26,396 nucleotides of DNA from Leptolyngbyaceae cyanobacterium (GCA_965263355.1 CBDHHL010000050.1:1-26396), one strand, 5' to 3'; positions 1 to 9,941 are shown, numbered from the stretch's first letter. Notes: a model not told the origin generated them from the sequence alone. Numbers and translations are program-made.

Positions 1-1
1 A

Positions 2-247
2 TATAAGCCCCTTAGCCTCGACGAATTTCTTACTCGCTATGGTGGCGATAACCGCTATGAATTGATCGATGGAGAGGTCTTTGATTTGGGACCAACAGGC
101 CCCCATGAGGAAGTCGCAGCCTTTATTACTGCAAAGCTCTGTGTCCAGATCGATACCATTGACTTACCTTGGTTTGTCCTTTGTCCCCCTTACGTTGGCG
201 AAGCCTGCCCAGAGGGCTTAGGGGGACTTGCAGGGGGATATCGATAG
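2..247 (+). pseudogene. Uma2 (DUF820) family endonuclease, 5' end outside the window, truncated by a palindromic repeat
   Basis: Frame open from base 2: YKPLSLDEFLTRYGGDNRYELIDGEVFDLGPTGPHEEVAAFI, typical of the Uma2 N-terminus (ELIDG..P...H). After LPWFVL the frame enters the repeat at ~183 and stops at 247. The PD-(D/E)xK core is not seen. Confidence 0.75.
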
Positions 248-304
248 TGAGCGCTATCGGTCAAAACCCCTCCGCCTACGGCACCTCCCCTTCATAAGGG
301 GAGG
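183..304. repeat. CCCCT/AGGGG double-hairpin dispersed repeat with a nested ~28-nt insert
   Basis: Hairpins gtccccct..agggggac (183-227) and cctcccctt-cat-aaggggagg (284-304). Bases 264-304 match the reverse complement of 23230-23270 at 38/41 positions. Confidence 0.85.
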
Positions 305-353
305 AAAGTCTGAAGCATAATTTCAAGCTGGTATTTTATTTAGCTGCTAGCCC

Positions 354-1472
354 CTAAGCTGCTAAAGCTGGATAGTCGACATAACCCTGGCGCTCGTGGG
401 TGTAGAAAGTTGTAGGATCCGCGTCATTCAGTGGTGCATTTTGCTTAAAGCGTTCGACTAAATCAGGGTTGGCGATAAAGGGAATACCATAGGCGATCGC
501 ATCCACACCAGTATTCTGAATAGCGGCAGCCCCAGTTTCTGCACCATAACCACCATTTAGGACTATGGCACCCTGAAATGCCTTGCGTAGATGTGGCGTG
601 ATTGGTTCAACCTCTGCCGCCGCTGCCATAAAGTGACCTGGTAAGGCTTCTATAACATGGAGATAAGCTAGATTAAACTGATTTAGCGCATTGGCCACAT
701 AGGTAAACGTAGCCATAGGATCGCTATCTTTCATATCGTTAAAGGCCACATAGGGAGACACGCGCACGCCGACGCGATCGCTACTCCAGGCGTTTACTAC
801 GGCCTCTGTAACCTCCAACAAAAACCGGGCTCGATTTTCAATGCTGCCGCCATACTTGTCGGTACGCTGGTTTGTACCATCGCGGAGGAATTGATCAATA
901 AGATAGCCATTGGCTCCATGGACCTCCACCCCATCAAATCCGGCTGCTTTCGCATTGCGAGTAGCGGCGACATAGTCCTCGATGATGCCTGGAATTTCTT
1001 CCAGGGTGAGGGGTCGAGGTGTAACAAAAGACTTTTTTCCCAGGGGTGTATGAATCTCTCCTTGAGCGACGATGGCAGAGGCAGAAACCGGTAACTCCCC
1101 ATTGGGTTGAAAGTCTGGATGAGAGGCTCGCCCGGTATGCCAGAGCTGTAGAACAATTTTGCCACCGCGCTGATGAACAGCCTCAGTAATTTTTTGCCAA
1201 CCGACGATTTGTTTAGGGGTGTAAATGCCGGGGGTTTGCTGCCAGCCAGCGGCCTGTTCAGAAATTTGCGTGGCTTCAGAAATAATCAAGCCCGCACTAG
1301 CCCGTTGACTGTAGTACTCCACCATCAGGTCATTGGGAATGCGGGAAATCCCAGACCGAGCACGGGTTAACGGGGCCATGATAATGCGATTAGAAATTGC
1401 GATCGCACCAAGTTGCAGCGGTTGGAAAAGTGTAGCTAATGCTGAATCGATGGGAGCTGTGGCGGTAACCAT
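354..1472 (-). CDS. Alkene reductase, old yellow enzyme (NemA/XenB-like FMN oxidoreductase)
   Basis: Motifs NRIIMAPLTR, QLWHTGR, GFDGVEVHGANGYLIDQF and NPDLVERF. ATG at 1472 is preceded by GAGGA and preferred over the longer ORF start. Confidence 0.93.
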   Translation of the reverse strand: MVTATAPIDSALATLFQPLQLGAIAISNRIIMAPLTRARSGISRIPNDLMVEYYSQRASAGLIISEATQISEQAAGWQQTPGIYTPKQIVGWQKITEAVHQRGGKIVLQLWHTGRASHPDFQPNGELPVSASAIVAQGEIHTPLGKKSFVTPRPLTLEEIPGIIEDYVAATRNAKAAGFDGVEVHGANGYLIDQFLRDGTNQRTDKYGGSIENRARFLLEVTEAVVNAWSSDRVGVRVSPYVAFNDMKDSDPMATFTYVANALNQFNLAYLHVIEALPGHFMAAAAEVEPITPHLRKAFQGAIVLNGGYGAETGAAAIQNTGVDAIAYGIPFIANPDLVERFKQNAPLNDADPTTFYTHERQGYVDYPALAA

Positions 1473-1570
1473 AAAACTTTCCTCAGTATTTAGTTCGAAA
1501 GTTCCGAATAATTGAACTATAGCGTGTGAATGATTAATCGACAACTTTGATGCCAGGATTGCTAGGTAAT

Positions 1571-1610
1571 AATTCGAAATTCCGAATTCCGAGTTCCGAA
1601 TTCCGAATTC
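1571..1610. repeat. Heptamer short tandem repeat (STRR-type), AATTCCG x ~5.5
   Basis: aattcga aattccg aattccg agttccg aattccg aattc. Confidence 0.9.
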
Positions 1611-1626
1611 ATATAATTAAGGGTGT

Positions 1627-2415
1627 CTATCGAGTAAAGCTTGGATCGATGCTTACCCACATGGCTAGATTCAATTGCTCGGGGGTGATCGATGCCTCTA
1701 AAATTCGGGCGGTGATGCCGGATTCTTCTAGCTGGCGTAGGCTGAGGCGATCGCCAATATTTTTGGTCAACGCTTCGAACAGTTGTTCTGGCACTTCGCT
1801 GTCGTTAACCGAAGCTTGCGGATCAATCAGGACTAAACGATGGCCATTTTCGATGGTAAAGCCAGTCTCAGCTTTGATGGTTAAGCCCTCGTCCAAGTTG
1901 GGGTCGGCTAAGTCTAGCTCTATTTGCAGGCGATTATTGGGTAAAAATGTTGCTTTGGGGTTACTAAACTGATAACGGCCTACCTCGCGGGACTGGGCGG
2001 CATTACCCAGGTTGAGTTTGATTTGATTTAGCTGTTCGGTAAATTTGGGTGATTGTAAATACTGATTGAGGTCCTCTGGGGTGATGACCATGTGCAACGC
2101 TCCGTTGAGCGGTTCATCGAGTACGACCTTGCCCCGCTGGAGGCTGCCAAAATCCAGGTCGATGGGGTCGGTATCCAAGTCAGCGACAGCCACCCGGAAG
2201 CCTGCCACCGGATACAGGCCTCGCACCCCCACCTGCAGTCGGTTGATCTTACCCTTCAGCAAGTTGAAATTTGACCCATTGTCCACCCGTACCTGGATAT
2301 CTTCGACACCGTTTAAACGAGAACGGAGTGCATTTTCGGCGAGGGTATCTAGACCAAAGCCAATGGGGGAGCCGATAAATAAAAGGCTGGAAAGCAGGAT
2401 TGAGATAAATTCCAT
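1627..2415 (-). CDS. DUF2993 / LmeA-like membrane-anchored protein
   Basis: N-terminal hydrophobic anchor, LLKGKINRLQV and VITPEDLNQYL patterns typical of cyanobacterial DUF2993. Confidence 0.75.
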   Translation of the reverse strand: MEFISILLSSLLFIGSPIGFGLDTLAENALRSRLNGVEDIQVRVDNGSNFNLLKGKINRLQVGVRGLYPVAGFRVAVADLDTDPIDLDFGSLQRGKVVLDEPLNGALHMVITPEDLNQYLQSPKFTEQLNQIKLNLGNAAQSREVGRYQFSNPKATFLPNNRLQIELDLADPNLDEGLTIKAETGFTIENGHRLVLIDPQASVNDSEVPEQLFEALTKNIGDRLSLRQLEESGITARILEASITPEQLNLAMWVSIDPSFTR

Positions 2416-2442
2416 CAGGAAAATGCCATATGTGTGACAAAT

Positions 2443-2665
2443 CCCCTCCTAGGAGGGGTGCCCTTTGGGCGGGGTGAGTTAGCCGTTAATGCTAGTAATC
2501 GATCTGACGGTAAAGGCTTCTAATGCCAAATCCGAATTCATTAAACCCGATTAAAAATGGACAATCCTGTAGGGGCACTCCCTTGTGGATGCCCTTCTAT
2601 ACCGGGCTCTATCAAGCAGGATTTCGGATAAGGTGACCTACCCCGGAGCCCCTCCCAGGAGGGGA
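2443..2665. repeat. CCCCT/AGGGG double-hairpin repeat carrying a nested MITE-like element
   Basis: Arms tcccctcctaggaggggtgccctttgggcggggtgagtt and acctaccccggagcccctcccaggagggga resemble the arms of 22428-22508. Confidence 0.85.
2521..2631. mobile_element. ~110-bp MITE-like element, copy 1
   Basis: About 86% identical by manual alignment to 16730-16840. Imperfect inverted ends AAATCC...GGATTT and an internal GTAG-led hairpin. Confidence 0.75.
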
Positions 2666-2711
2666 TGGATGCTCGGTTGTGGTTTACGATTCTTGCAATT
2701 AGATGGGATAT

Positions 2712-4523
2712 CTATTTCCCTGCAATTGCCTCATCGACCCATTGTTTAACGGTGCTGACCACCTCATCCAAGGCTAGCTCCATGGATTCGCCATCGGCCC
2801 GTTTGACCGCCTCTACCTTACCCTCTTTCAAGGAGCGACCGGTCACTACCCGGAAAGGAATACCGATTAGCTCAGCATCTTTGAACTTGACACCAGCTCG
2901 CTCTTTGCGGTCGTCGAGCAGGGTTTCTACGCCCGCCGCATTCAGGTCTTCGTAAAGTTTTTCGGCGGCGGCCATTTGGTCCTGGTCGTTGATATTGGGG
3001 ACGACGACGACGGCGTGGTAGGGCGCGATCGCAACCGGCCAGATAATTCCATTTTTGTCATAGGACTGCTCTACCGCCGCCTGGGCTAGACGCGATACAC
3101 CAATGCCATAGCAACCCATCACCAACGGTTGAGACTTACCATCTTCATCGGTGTAGGTAGCCCCCATCGCGATGGAATACTTAGTTCCTAGCTGGAAAAT
3201 GTGACCAATTTCAATACCCCGCGCAGTTTCGATTAGCTGGCTGGGGTCATGGACCGCCCGGTCACCTGCGGTAGCTTTACGGATATCGACGACAATCGTT
3301 GGCAAGGTAAACTGGTCGCCCCAGTTCGCACCAACTATGTGATACCCCTTCTCATTGGCACCCGTGGCAAAGTCCTTCAGGTCCACGGCGGTTTCATCCA
3401 CCAGCCTCAGAAACTTGGGCGCAACGTTGTCCAGTTTTTGAATGTAGTCATCGCCAATGTCGGGGGCAATGTAGCCTAGGGGTAACGGCTTAGCTGCCCA
3501 CTTAGCCTGGGTTTCAGGGGCAGGTACTTCTAAGGACAACAGGGTAGACGCATCATACTCTGCAGCCATGTTAGTGAGGGCGTTTTGTAGCTTCGTCTCG
3601 TTAACGTCCTGGTCACCTCGAATATTGATCAGCACCAGCACCGTGTGGCCATTGTCATAGACTGCCTGGTATAGAACGTTTTTAACAATCTGTGTGGGTG
3701 AGCATTCCAAAAACGTTGCCATGGTTTCAATAGTCGAAGTATTGGGCGTTTCTAGTTTTTGGTACTCGCTAAATTTAGAGGGAATCGCATCGGCAGGCAG
3801 GGAGATGGCCTTTTCTACATTGGCCGCATATTTACCATCCTCGGTGTAAAGCACCTCATCTTCGCCGGCATCTGCCAACACCATAAACTCATGGGAGCCA
3901 GACCCACCAATCGCGCCGGAGTCAGCTTCCACCGCCCGAAACTTGAGACCACAGCGGGCCAAAATATTGCTGTAGGCCTGGTACATATCATCATAGGTGG
4001 CCTTCAGGCTATCCATATCCCCATGGAATGAATAGCCATCTTTCATAATGAATTCGCGGCCACGCATCAGGCCAAAGCGGGGCCGAATCTCGTCGCGAAA
4101 TTTAGTCTGAATCTGATATAGATGGGTGGGCAGCTGTCGATAAGACCGCACCATATCACGGGCTACAGCCGTAATTACCTCTTCATGGGTAGGCCCTAAA
4201 GCCACTTCCTGCTGCCGTCGATCCGTCAGGGCAAACATGATACCTTCTGCTTTGGTGTAGGTATCCCAACGGCCTGACTCCTGCCACAGTTCAGCAGGTT
4301 GGAGCTGGGGCAGCAAACATTCCTGGGCTCCCGTGGCGTTCATTTCTTCGCGGACAATGGCGGATACCTTGTTTAATACCCGCAGCATCAGTGGCAAATA
4401 GGCAAATACGCCACTTGAAACCCGCCGAATATAACCCGCCCGTAGCATTAGCTTGTGACTGGGAATTTCTGCTTCAGCAGGATCTTCACGCAGCGTGACA
4501 AACAGCATCTGGGACAGGCGCAT
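2712..4523 (-). CDS. proS: Proline--tRNA ligase with INS editing domain
   Basis: [70 protein letters not shown]. Confidence 0.99.
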   Translation of the reverse strand: MRLSQMLFVTLREDPAEAEIPSHKLMLRAGYIRRVSSGVFAYLPLMLRVLNKVSAIVREEMNATGAQECLLPQLQPAELWQESGRWDTYTKAEGIMFALTDRRQQEVALGPTHEEVITAVARDMVRSYRQLPTHLYQIQTKFRDEIRPRFGLMRGREFIMKDGYSFHGDMDSLKATYDDMYQAYSNILARCGLKFRAVEADSGAIGGSGSHEFMVLADAGEDEVLYTEDGKYAANVEKAISLPADAIPSKFSEYQKLETPNTSTIETMATFLECSPTQIVKNVLYQAVYDNGHTVLVLINIRGDQDVNETKLQNALTNMAAEYDASTLLSLEVPAPETQAKWAAKPLPLGYIAPDIGDDYIQKLDNVAPKFLRLVDETAVDLKDFATGANEKGYHIVGANWGDQFTLPTIVVDIRKATAGDRAVHDPSQLIETARGIEIGHIFQLGTKYSIAMGATYTDEDGKSQPLVMGCYGIGVSRLAQAAVEQSYDKNGIIWPVAIAPYHAVVVVPNINDQDQMAAAEKLYEDLNAAGVETLLDDRKERAGVKFKDAELIGIPFRVVTGRSLKEGKVEAVKRADGESMELALDEVVSTVKQWVDEAIAGK

Positions 4524-4603
4524 AGTTCAAAGTTCTCGCAACATCAACACAGTTTAGTCCATTACAGCAAGGTCGTACGGTGTTGAAACGGAAATTTTGG
4601 CAG

Positions 4604-4642
4604 GATAGGTTTGAGTTTTATGTTTTTAATTCAAAACCTATC
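4604..4642. terminator. Stem-loop just downstream of the kinase stop, possible terminator
   Basis: gataggtttga ... tcaaaacctatc inverted repeat with one bulge; no clear U-tract. Confidence 0.35.
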
Positions 4643-4650
4643 TACTTGGT

Positions 4651-5952
4651 TTACTTGGGCAAGGTTACGGTAAAGGTCGTTTGCTGCTTTGTGCTCTTTA
4701 AATCAATAGTTCCGCCTAGATTGCTAACCATTTGCTTGACTAGGGCTAGCCCTAACCCGCTGCCGCCGTATTGCCGCTGGTCGAGTTCAGGGATGCGGTA
4801 GAACTTGTCGAAAATGTGGGGTTGATGGTTGGTAGGGATGTGGGCACCAGTATTTGCGATCGCAATGACCACGTCGTTATTAGTAGCCTTGGCTGTAATT
4901 TTGACGGTCTTTTTGGCGGGGGTGTATTTAATGGCATTGGTTACTAGCTCAGTCATCACCCGTTCTAGTTGGGTGACATCGCATTCAAATAACAGAGGTT
5001 CCTTGGGAATATGGGTGCTGAGCTTTAGAGAATTTTGTTCAAATCTAGCTTCAAAGGGGCGTAGTAATGACGGTAGCCAGTCGCTCAGATTCATTAAAAC
5101 TGGCTCTGATGTTTTTTGATGTTCGGGAAACATCAGGGTGATGAGGTTGGCGACAAACTGTTTTTGTCGACGACATTCTTGGTTGAGAAGACTTAATACT
5201 TTGAGAACGGTGCTGCGTTGGGGCACCTGACGCCAGGAGGCATCTTTGAAGATTCTCTCCAGGGTCTGAGCAGAGAGTTGAATACTGCCGAGAGGGACAA
5301 ACAGTTCGTGGGAGATCAACTGCAAAAATTCATCCTTGGCTTTGCGCAACTGGCAAATTTCAGTTTGTTGCTGTTCTATGGTTTGTTCCAGCTGGGTTTG
5401 GTGCAGTGCGATCGCGACATAATCGGCAATCTGGCAGACCTGAGTCAATTCAACGGGATCAAATACACACTGGCTTGAACGAATCGCCCAGAGATTACCT
5501 AGGAAGGTATTTCCATGCATGATGGGGTAGCCTAGCCAGGTTAAGAAAGGCTCAGGTGTTTGTTTTTCCAACAGGTCTATAGGATTAAATTGTAGGGGGA
5601 CTCCTCGGATTAAAGACTCATAAATTTCCCAAAACTGGCTGATTGAACGAGACTGATGATATGGCCCTAGCCAACCATTTCCGATACCACCAATTAGCTG
5701 GCTCCTTTTTTGTTGGCTATCGTATAGTTCTATGTGACAACCTCGTAAGTCAAAATGCTTGGCCATACTAGCTGATAACCAGTCAACTAACTCTTGAATC
5801 GAGTTGCCCCGTTGTATGCATTTTAAGAGATGTTCAATTAAAGTTTGAAAGTTTTTGATGCCATGAACACTATCCGAGGTAAGCAACATAGTTGGGGCTG
5901 AGTCAACCATTTCAGACTGAAATACATCAGATTTAAACCCATCATTTACCAA
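4651..5952 (-). CDS. GAF-domain sensor histidine kinase
   Basis: GAF-like region, H-box DEFLQLISHELFVPL, N-box ELVTNAIKYT, F-box HIFDKFYR, G2 GGSGLGLAL. Start TTG 5952 with GGAGG upstream, or ATG 5910. Confidence 0.9.
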   Translation of the reverse strand: MVNDGFKSDVFQSEMVDSAPTMLLTSDSVHGIKNFQTLIEHLLKCIQRGNSIQELVDWLSASMAKHFDLRGCHIELYDSQQKRSQLIGGIGNGWLGPYHQSRSISQFWEIYESLIRGVPLQFNPIDLLEKQTPEPFLTWLGYPIMHGNTFLGNLWAIRSSQCVFDPVELTQVCQIADYVAIALHQTQLEQTIEQQQTEICQLRKAKDEFLQLISHELFVPLGSIQLSAQTLERIFKDASWRQVPQRSTVLKVLSLLNQECRRQKQFVANLITLMFPEHQKTSEPVLMNLSDWLPSLLRPFEARFEQNSLKLSTHIPKEPLLFECDVTQLERVMTELVTNAIKYTPAKKTVKITAKATNNDVVIAIANTGAHIPTNHQPHIFDKFYRIPELDQRQYGGSGLGLALVKQMVSNLGGTIDLKSTKQQTTFTVTLPK

Positions 5953-7045
5953 AGCATTTCTAGCCTCCTATATGACCGTTTTACAATGGGTAATGGGCAT
6001 AGCTAAAATTAACTTGATGTTATTAAAACACACACAAAAAATCTAATAGCCATCAGCCATCAGGCGAATTGAGCAGCTAAAATAACAATTAAGCAAAATT
6101 ACTAAAACCTTGCTTAATTGCTGTACAAGATTGATTTTAATAAATTAATTTCTGACAAAAATGGATAGATATAATCAGACTACAGCGTTTTTGTATCCAG
6201 TGAGGTGCAGACTGAAACCTGAAACTATTTCAGCTAAAGGATCCGGTGTACCTCATCAGATCTAAAACCGCTATATTCAATATTTAAAGCTATGAAAAAA
6301 GAGAATAATTGAAAACAAGATTATTTTATGGTTCCCAGAAAAATTAGCTCAAAGACTTGCATCAACATTTTGAATCTGAGCAAAATTAAGGAGATAGTCA
6401 ACGGGCCTTTATATTTGAAAGTTGAAAGATTAACAACCGTTAGCCCTTTAAAGTATTGTCTTAAGCCTTAATTCAATAGGACTTCATCTTGCCTAAAGTG
6501 CAACAGCTTAATGCATGACTATGCTGCAAATCAAACCTTTACTCCTCAGCAAGAGAACACTTATCAACTAAGGTAACCGACTTAACAAACCTCACATGAA
6601 CCCATAAGAGTATTAGACTGCAGTCATTGCTACTAGCGACGCCTGCTGACACATTTGTTTAAAAATGTATCGAATTATTAAGTCGCCCTATCTCTAATCA
6701 AATAAAAGGCTTTAGTTAGGCCTTTCAAGTGCTAAAGTGTCAAACGGGTTAGACTTCATCAACATATGATAGACGCTGCAAAATTGAGGGGCCTTCAGTT
6801 CAACAAATAGTAATTAAGTTGTTTTTAGTTCCTCTTTGAGGAAAATATTTTTGCTAGGTGCTATGGCCATAAGTGCATAGATATTATGTGTGCTTATAAA
6901 TTGGTCATTTAGCTAGCCATTGATTATTTGGTTTAGCTATGCGCTAATGCCTAAATTGCTTTTGCCGATTTCTCCTTCACGGTGCTCTAAATGAGCAAAA
7001 TAAACGCCTGATGGCGCTCATTTTGTAGGGCTGTGCATTGAGGTT

Positions 7046-7762
7046 ATGTCAGTGGGTAAATTTAAAACTGTCATCCTAATTGCTGAGGATGAGGTGCATA
7101 TCCGCAAAGCTTTGCAACGCAATCTAAGTAAGGCCGGTTATGAAGTGATCTTGGCAACTAATGGGGAAGAGGCTATTGCGCAGTTTAGGGCTTATGCGGT
7201 TGACCTGGTGGTGCTGGATGTCCTGATGCCAAAGTTAGATGGATTTCAAGTCTGTCAGCTTATTCGTCAGGAATCGGATGTGCCGATCATTATGGCAACG
7301 GTGTTAGGGAGTCATTCTGATCGAGTTACTGGCTTGGATCTAGGGGCCAATGACTATGTCGTAAAACCGTTCTCTAGCCGAGAGCTGATTGCTCGTATTC
7401 GGTCAATATTAAGGCGCGTATCTCCAGAGGCGAAGGAAAAGCCGGTTAGTCGAGGCAGTGACTTGGAGGTTATTTCGGTGGGTAATCTTGTCCTATATCC
7501 TCAGACCCGTAAAGTGTATGACGATAACATGTATATTCGTCTCACTGAGATAGAGTTTCACATTCTGTATTTGTTAGCTCAGACTCCAGGACAAATTTTT
7601 ACCCGAGACAATATTTTGCGACAGGTGTGGGGATATACCCATGATGAGTTGGAGACCAAGGCTTTAGATGTTCATATTTCGCGTCTACGGACTAAGCTTG
7701 ATCACAGTGCAGTCAGGATTATGACGATTCAAGGGCGGGGGTATATGTTGCTGGCTCAGTAA
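7046..7762 (+). CDS. OmpR-family response regulator, RpaB-like paralog
   Basis: Receiver DLVVLDVLMPKLDG..ESDVPIIM..DYVVKPFS and winged helix LTEIEF..DVHISRLRTKL. Confidence 0.93.
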   Translation: MSVGKFKTVILIAEDEVHIRKALQRNLSKAGYEVILATNGEEAIAQFRAYAVDLVVLDVLMPKLDGFQVCQLIRQESDVPIIMATVLGSHSDRVTGLDLGANDYVVKPFSSRELIARIRSILRRVSPEAKEKPVSRGSDLEVISVGNLVLYPQTRKVYDDNMYIRLTEIEFHILYLLAQTPGQIFTRDNILRQVWGYTHDELETKALDVHISRLRTKLDHSAVRIMTIQGRGYMLLAQ

Positions 7763-7781
7763 GGGGGTTGCCTGAATACCT

Positions 7782-8249
7782 CTACAGGATGATCGGACCC
7801 ACGGTGGCCTGGGTGGCTCGGATATAATCTTGGGGATTAAGCCAAAGCATAACGCCACGCATGCCAGCAGATACTGCGATCTGATCGTGGGCCTCAATCC
7901 ACTCATCCACATAGGTGGGATAGTTCTTTTTGCATCCGAGGGCGGTAACGCCCCCTCGGATATAGCCGGTGAGGGGCTGGACTTCTTTTAGGGCAACGGG
8001 GATTACTTTGCGGTCTTGGGTCAGTTTGGCCAGGGCTTTTAGATTGAGTTGAGCATTGGCGGCCAATACGGCTAGACAGATACCGTTGAGATCGCCCCGA
8101 ATAACCAACGTTTTAAATACCTGATCATGGGGAAGTCCCAGTTTATCGGCTGTAGCGCTGGCCACTAAGTCGTTTGGATCGACTGGGTACGTAAGTATTT
8201 GATAATCAATGGTTAAAGCATCCAGGATTCGTGCTGCATTGGTTTTCAT
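7782..8249 (-). CDS. ybaK: Cys-tRNA(Pro) deacylase YbaK
   Basis: MKTNAARILD, QVFKTLV (conserved Lys), LTGYIRGGV, VSAGMRG. Confidence 0.9.
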   Translation of the reverse strand: MKTNAARILDALTIDYQILTYPVDPNDLVASATADKLGLPHDQVFKTLVIRGDLNGICLAVLAANAQLNLKALAKLTQDRKVIPVALKEVQPLTGYIRGGVTALGCKKNYPTYVDEWIEAHDQIAVSAGMRGVMLWLNPQDYIRATQATVGPIIL

Positions 8250-9895
8250 AATTGGGGGATATCACTATCAATGTAGCCAATTGCAAATTGGTCCCGACCG
8301 TTGGATTTTGCTCGATAAAGTCCTTGATCGGCGGCGGCTATCAGGTTGTCAGGAGATGACTCTAGTCTGACGGCTGTGGTGGCAATGCCCAAGCTGATGG
8401 TTATATAGTTGCTAACTGCTGAATAAAGATGCTCAATTTCTAGTGACTGGATAGCTGTTTGAATATTCTGAGCAACATGTTTTGCACCTTCTGTTGTTGT
8501 GTTGGGTAAGATAATGGCGAATTCTTCCCCACCATAACGAGCAACCAAGTCAGGGCGACGTTTGACCGCTTTTTTGAGAGTTTGGGCAACGCGCTTGATG
8601 CAAGTATCACCCTGCTGATGCCCATAGTTATCGTTATAACGCTTGAAAAAATCGATATCACAAAGGATTAAGGACAAGGGGGCGTTGGTTCGGTCTGCCC
8701 AGGCCCTGGCGAGACACTCATCAAAGGCACGACGATTGGCAACCTGAGTTAAACCATCCACCATTACCAATGCTGTTAGAGCTTGATTTTTTTGCTCCAG
8801 GGCAGCTTCGGCTTGCTTACGCATTGTAATGTCTGTAGCAGTTCCTAGAAGCTGTAAAGGTGTACCATCCTGGCCCCACTGAAATACGGTTTCGCGGCAT
8901 AACATCCAGTGCCACCCCCCTTGTTTATGGTGCAGGCGATATTCATTTTCGATGATATCGCCACTGTTAGACTGAGCTAGTTTTTGACGAGCTTGATGAA
9001 TAGCTGGGATATCATCAGGATGGGTAATCTGTTCTAAAAACTGTGCTCCTAACGTTTGAATTGTCTTGGGAGAATAGCCTAGGATTTTCTCCATATAGCT
9101 GTTGACATAGTAATTTGTCCCAGTGGCAAAATTGTTGACATAGAGAATGTTTGTACTGGCATCCAGGATACCTTGGATAAAGCATTGGCTCTCTTGCCAG
9201 GCTATCTCCGCTTGCTGACGCTCAATGGTTTCTAATGTCAGCTGACGCTTTTGTCTACATAACGTTTTTGCCTGTTGTTGATTTTTCCTATGGCTGACGG
9301 TAAGGGCAATGAGACAGGCTGCTGTGGCCATAAAGGTCGTTTCAGCTGCTTGCCAAACTCTTGGAGAATGGTGCTGAGTACAGCAGAGAATACCAATTAT
9401 TTGTTGTTGATGGTAGATGGGTATTTCAACTAAAGCGGTTATGGACTGCGCCTGGTCCCATAAATAGGGGGGGAAAGTAGTCGCTTCTGCCCCATGGTTA
9501 ACATGGGGTTCATCTAATTGGCGCTGTTTACCTGTCTGTTTACCTGTATTAATAATCAGCCAATCTCGCTGTGCCAGTTTATAGAAATAGTCACCATGAT
9601 TGGCGATGTTGATGGCCCCGTTTGGTTGTTTGGAGGCCATGGTTCCATAATAGGCAGCTGGCTCTAGCTGGCTACGATTATCTGTATAAAACCAGACCTG
9701 ACAACTAGTAGTGCCCAAATTTTTGACGATTGCATAGGCGATGGTGTCTGTGAATGTGGCCACATCACCGTCATAGATTGAGTCACAGTGACTCAGTTCT
9801 AAAAGCGTTTGGGATAAGGCACTATAGGAGGAATGATCGTCTAAAAAAACAGACGTTACTAATGGCTGCTTAGATTGCTCAGATGTTATGGACAT
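8246..9895 (-). CDS. Diguanylate cyclase with GAF and PAS/PAC domains
   Basis: HPDD..EYRLHHKQG PAS/PAC, DGLTQVANRR, DIDFFKRYNDNYGH, I-site RRPD five residues before GGEEF. Confidence 0.95.
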   Translation of the reverse strand: MSITSEQSKQPLVTSVFLDDHSSYSALSQTLLELSHCDSIYDGDVATFTDTIAYAIVKNLGTTSCQVWFYTDNRSQLEPAAYYGTMASKQPNGAINIANHGDYFYKLAQRDWLIINTGKQTGKQRQLDEPHVNHGAEATTFPPYLWDQAQSITALVEIPIYHQQQIIGILCCTQHHSPRVWQAAETTFMATAACLIALTVSHRKNQQQAKTLCRQKRQLTLETIERQQAEIAWQESQCFIQGILDASTNILYVNNFATGTNYYVNSYMEKILGYSPKTIQTLGAQFLEQITHPDDIPAIHQARQKLAQSNSGDIIENEYRLHHKQGGWHWMLCRETVFQWGQDGTPLQLLGTATDITMRKQAEAALEQKNQALTALVMVDGLTQVANRRAFDECLARAWADRTNAPLSLILCDIDFFKRYNDNYGHQQGDTCIKRVAQTLKKAVKRRPDLVARYGGEEFAIILPNTTTEGAKHVAQNIQTAIQSLEIEHLYSAVSNYITISLGIATTAVRLESSPDNLIAAADQGLYRAKSNGRDQFAIGYIDSDIPQL

Positions 9896-9941
9896 CCCGA
9901 CTGATTAAGAATGGAGCAAGCCAGTACGGTGCAAATTTAAT

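Noticed and set aside
1547..1972. 141-aa plus-strand ORF
   Set aside because: Antisense shadow of the DUF2993 gene that reads through the heptamer repeat.
4524..4650. T-box riboswitch upstream of proS
   Set aside because: Spacer too short and no T-box consensus visible.
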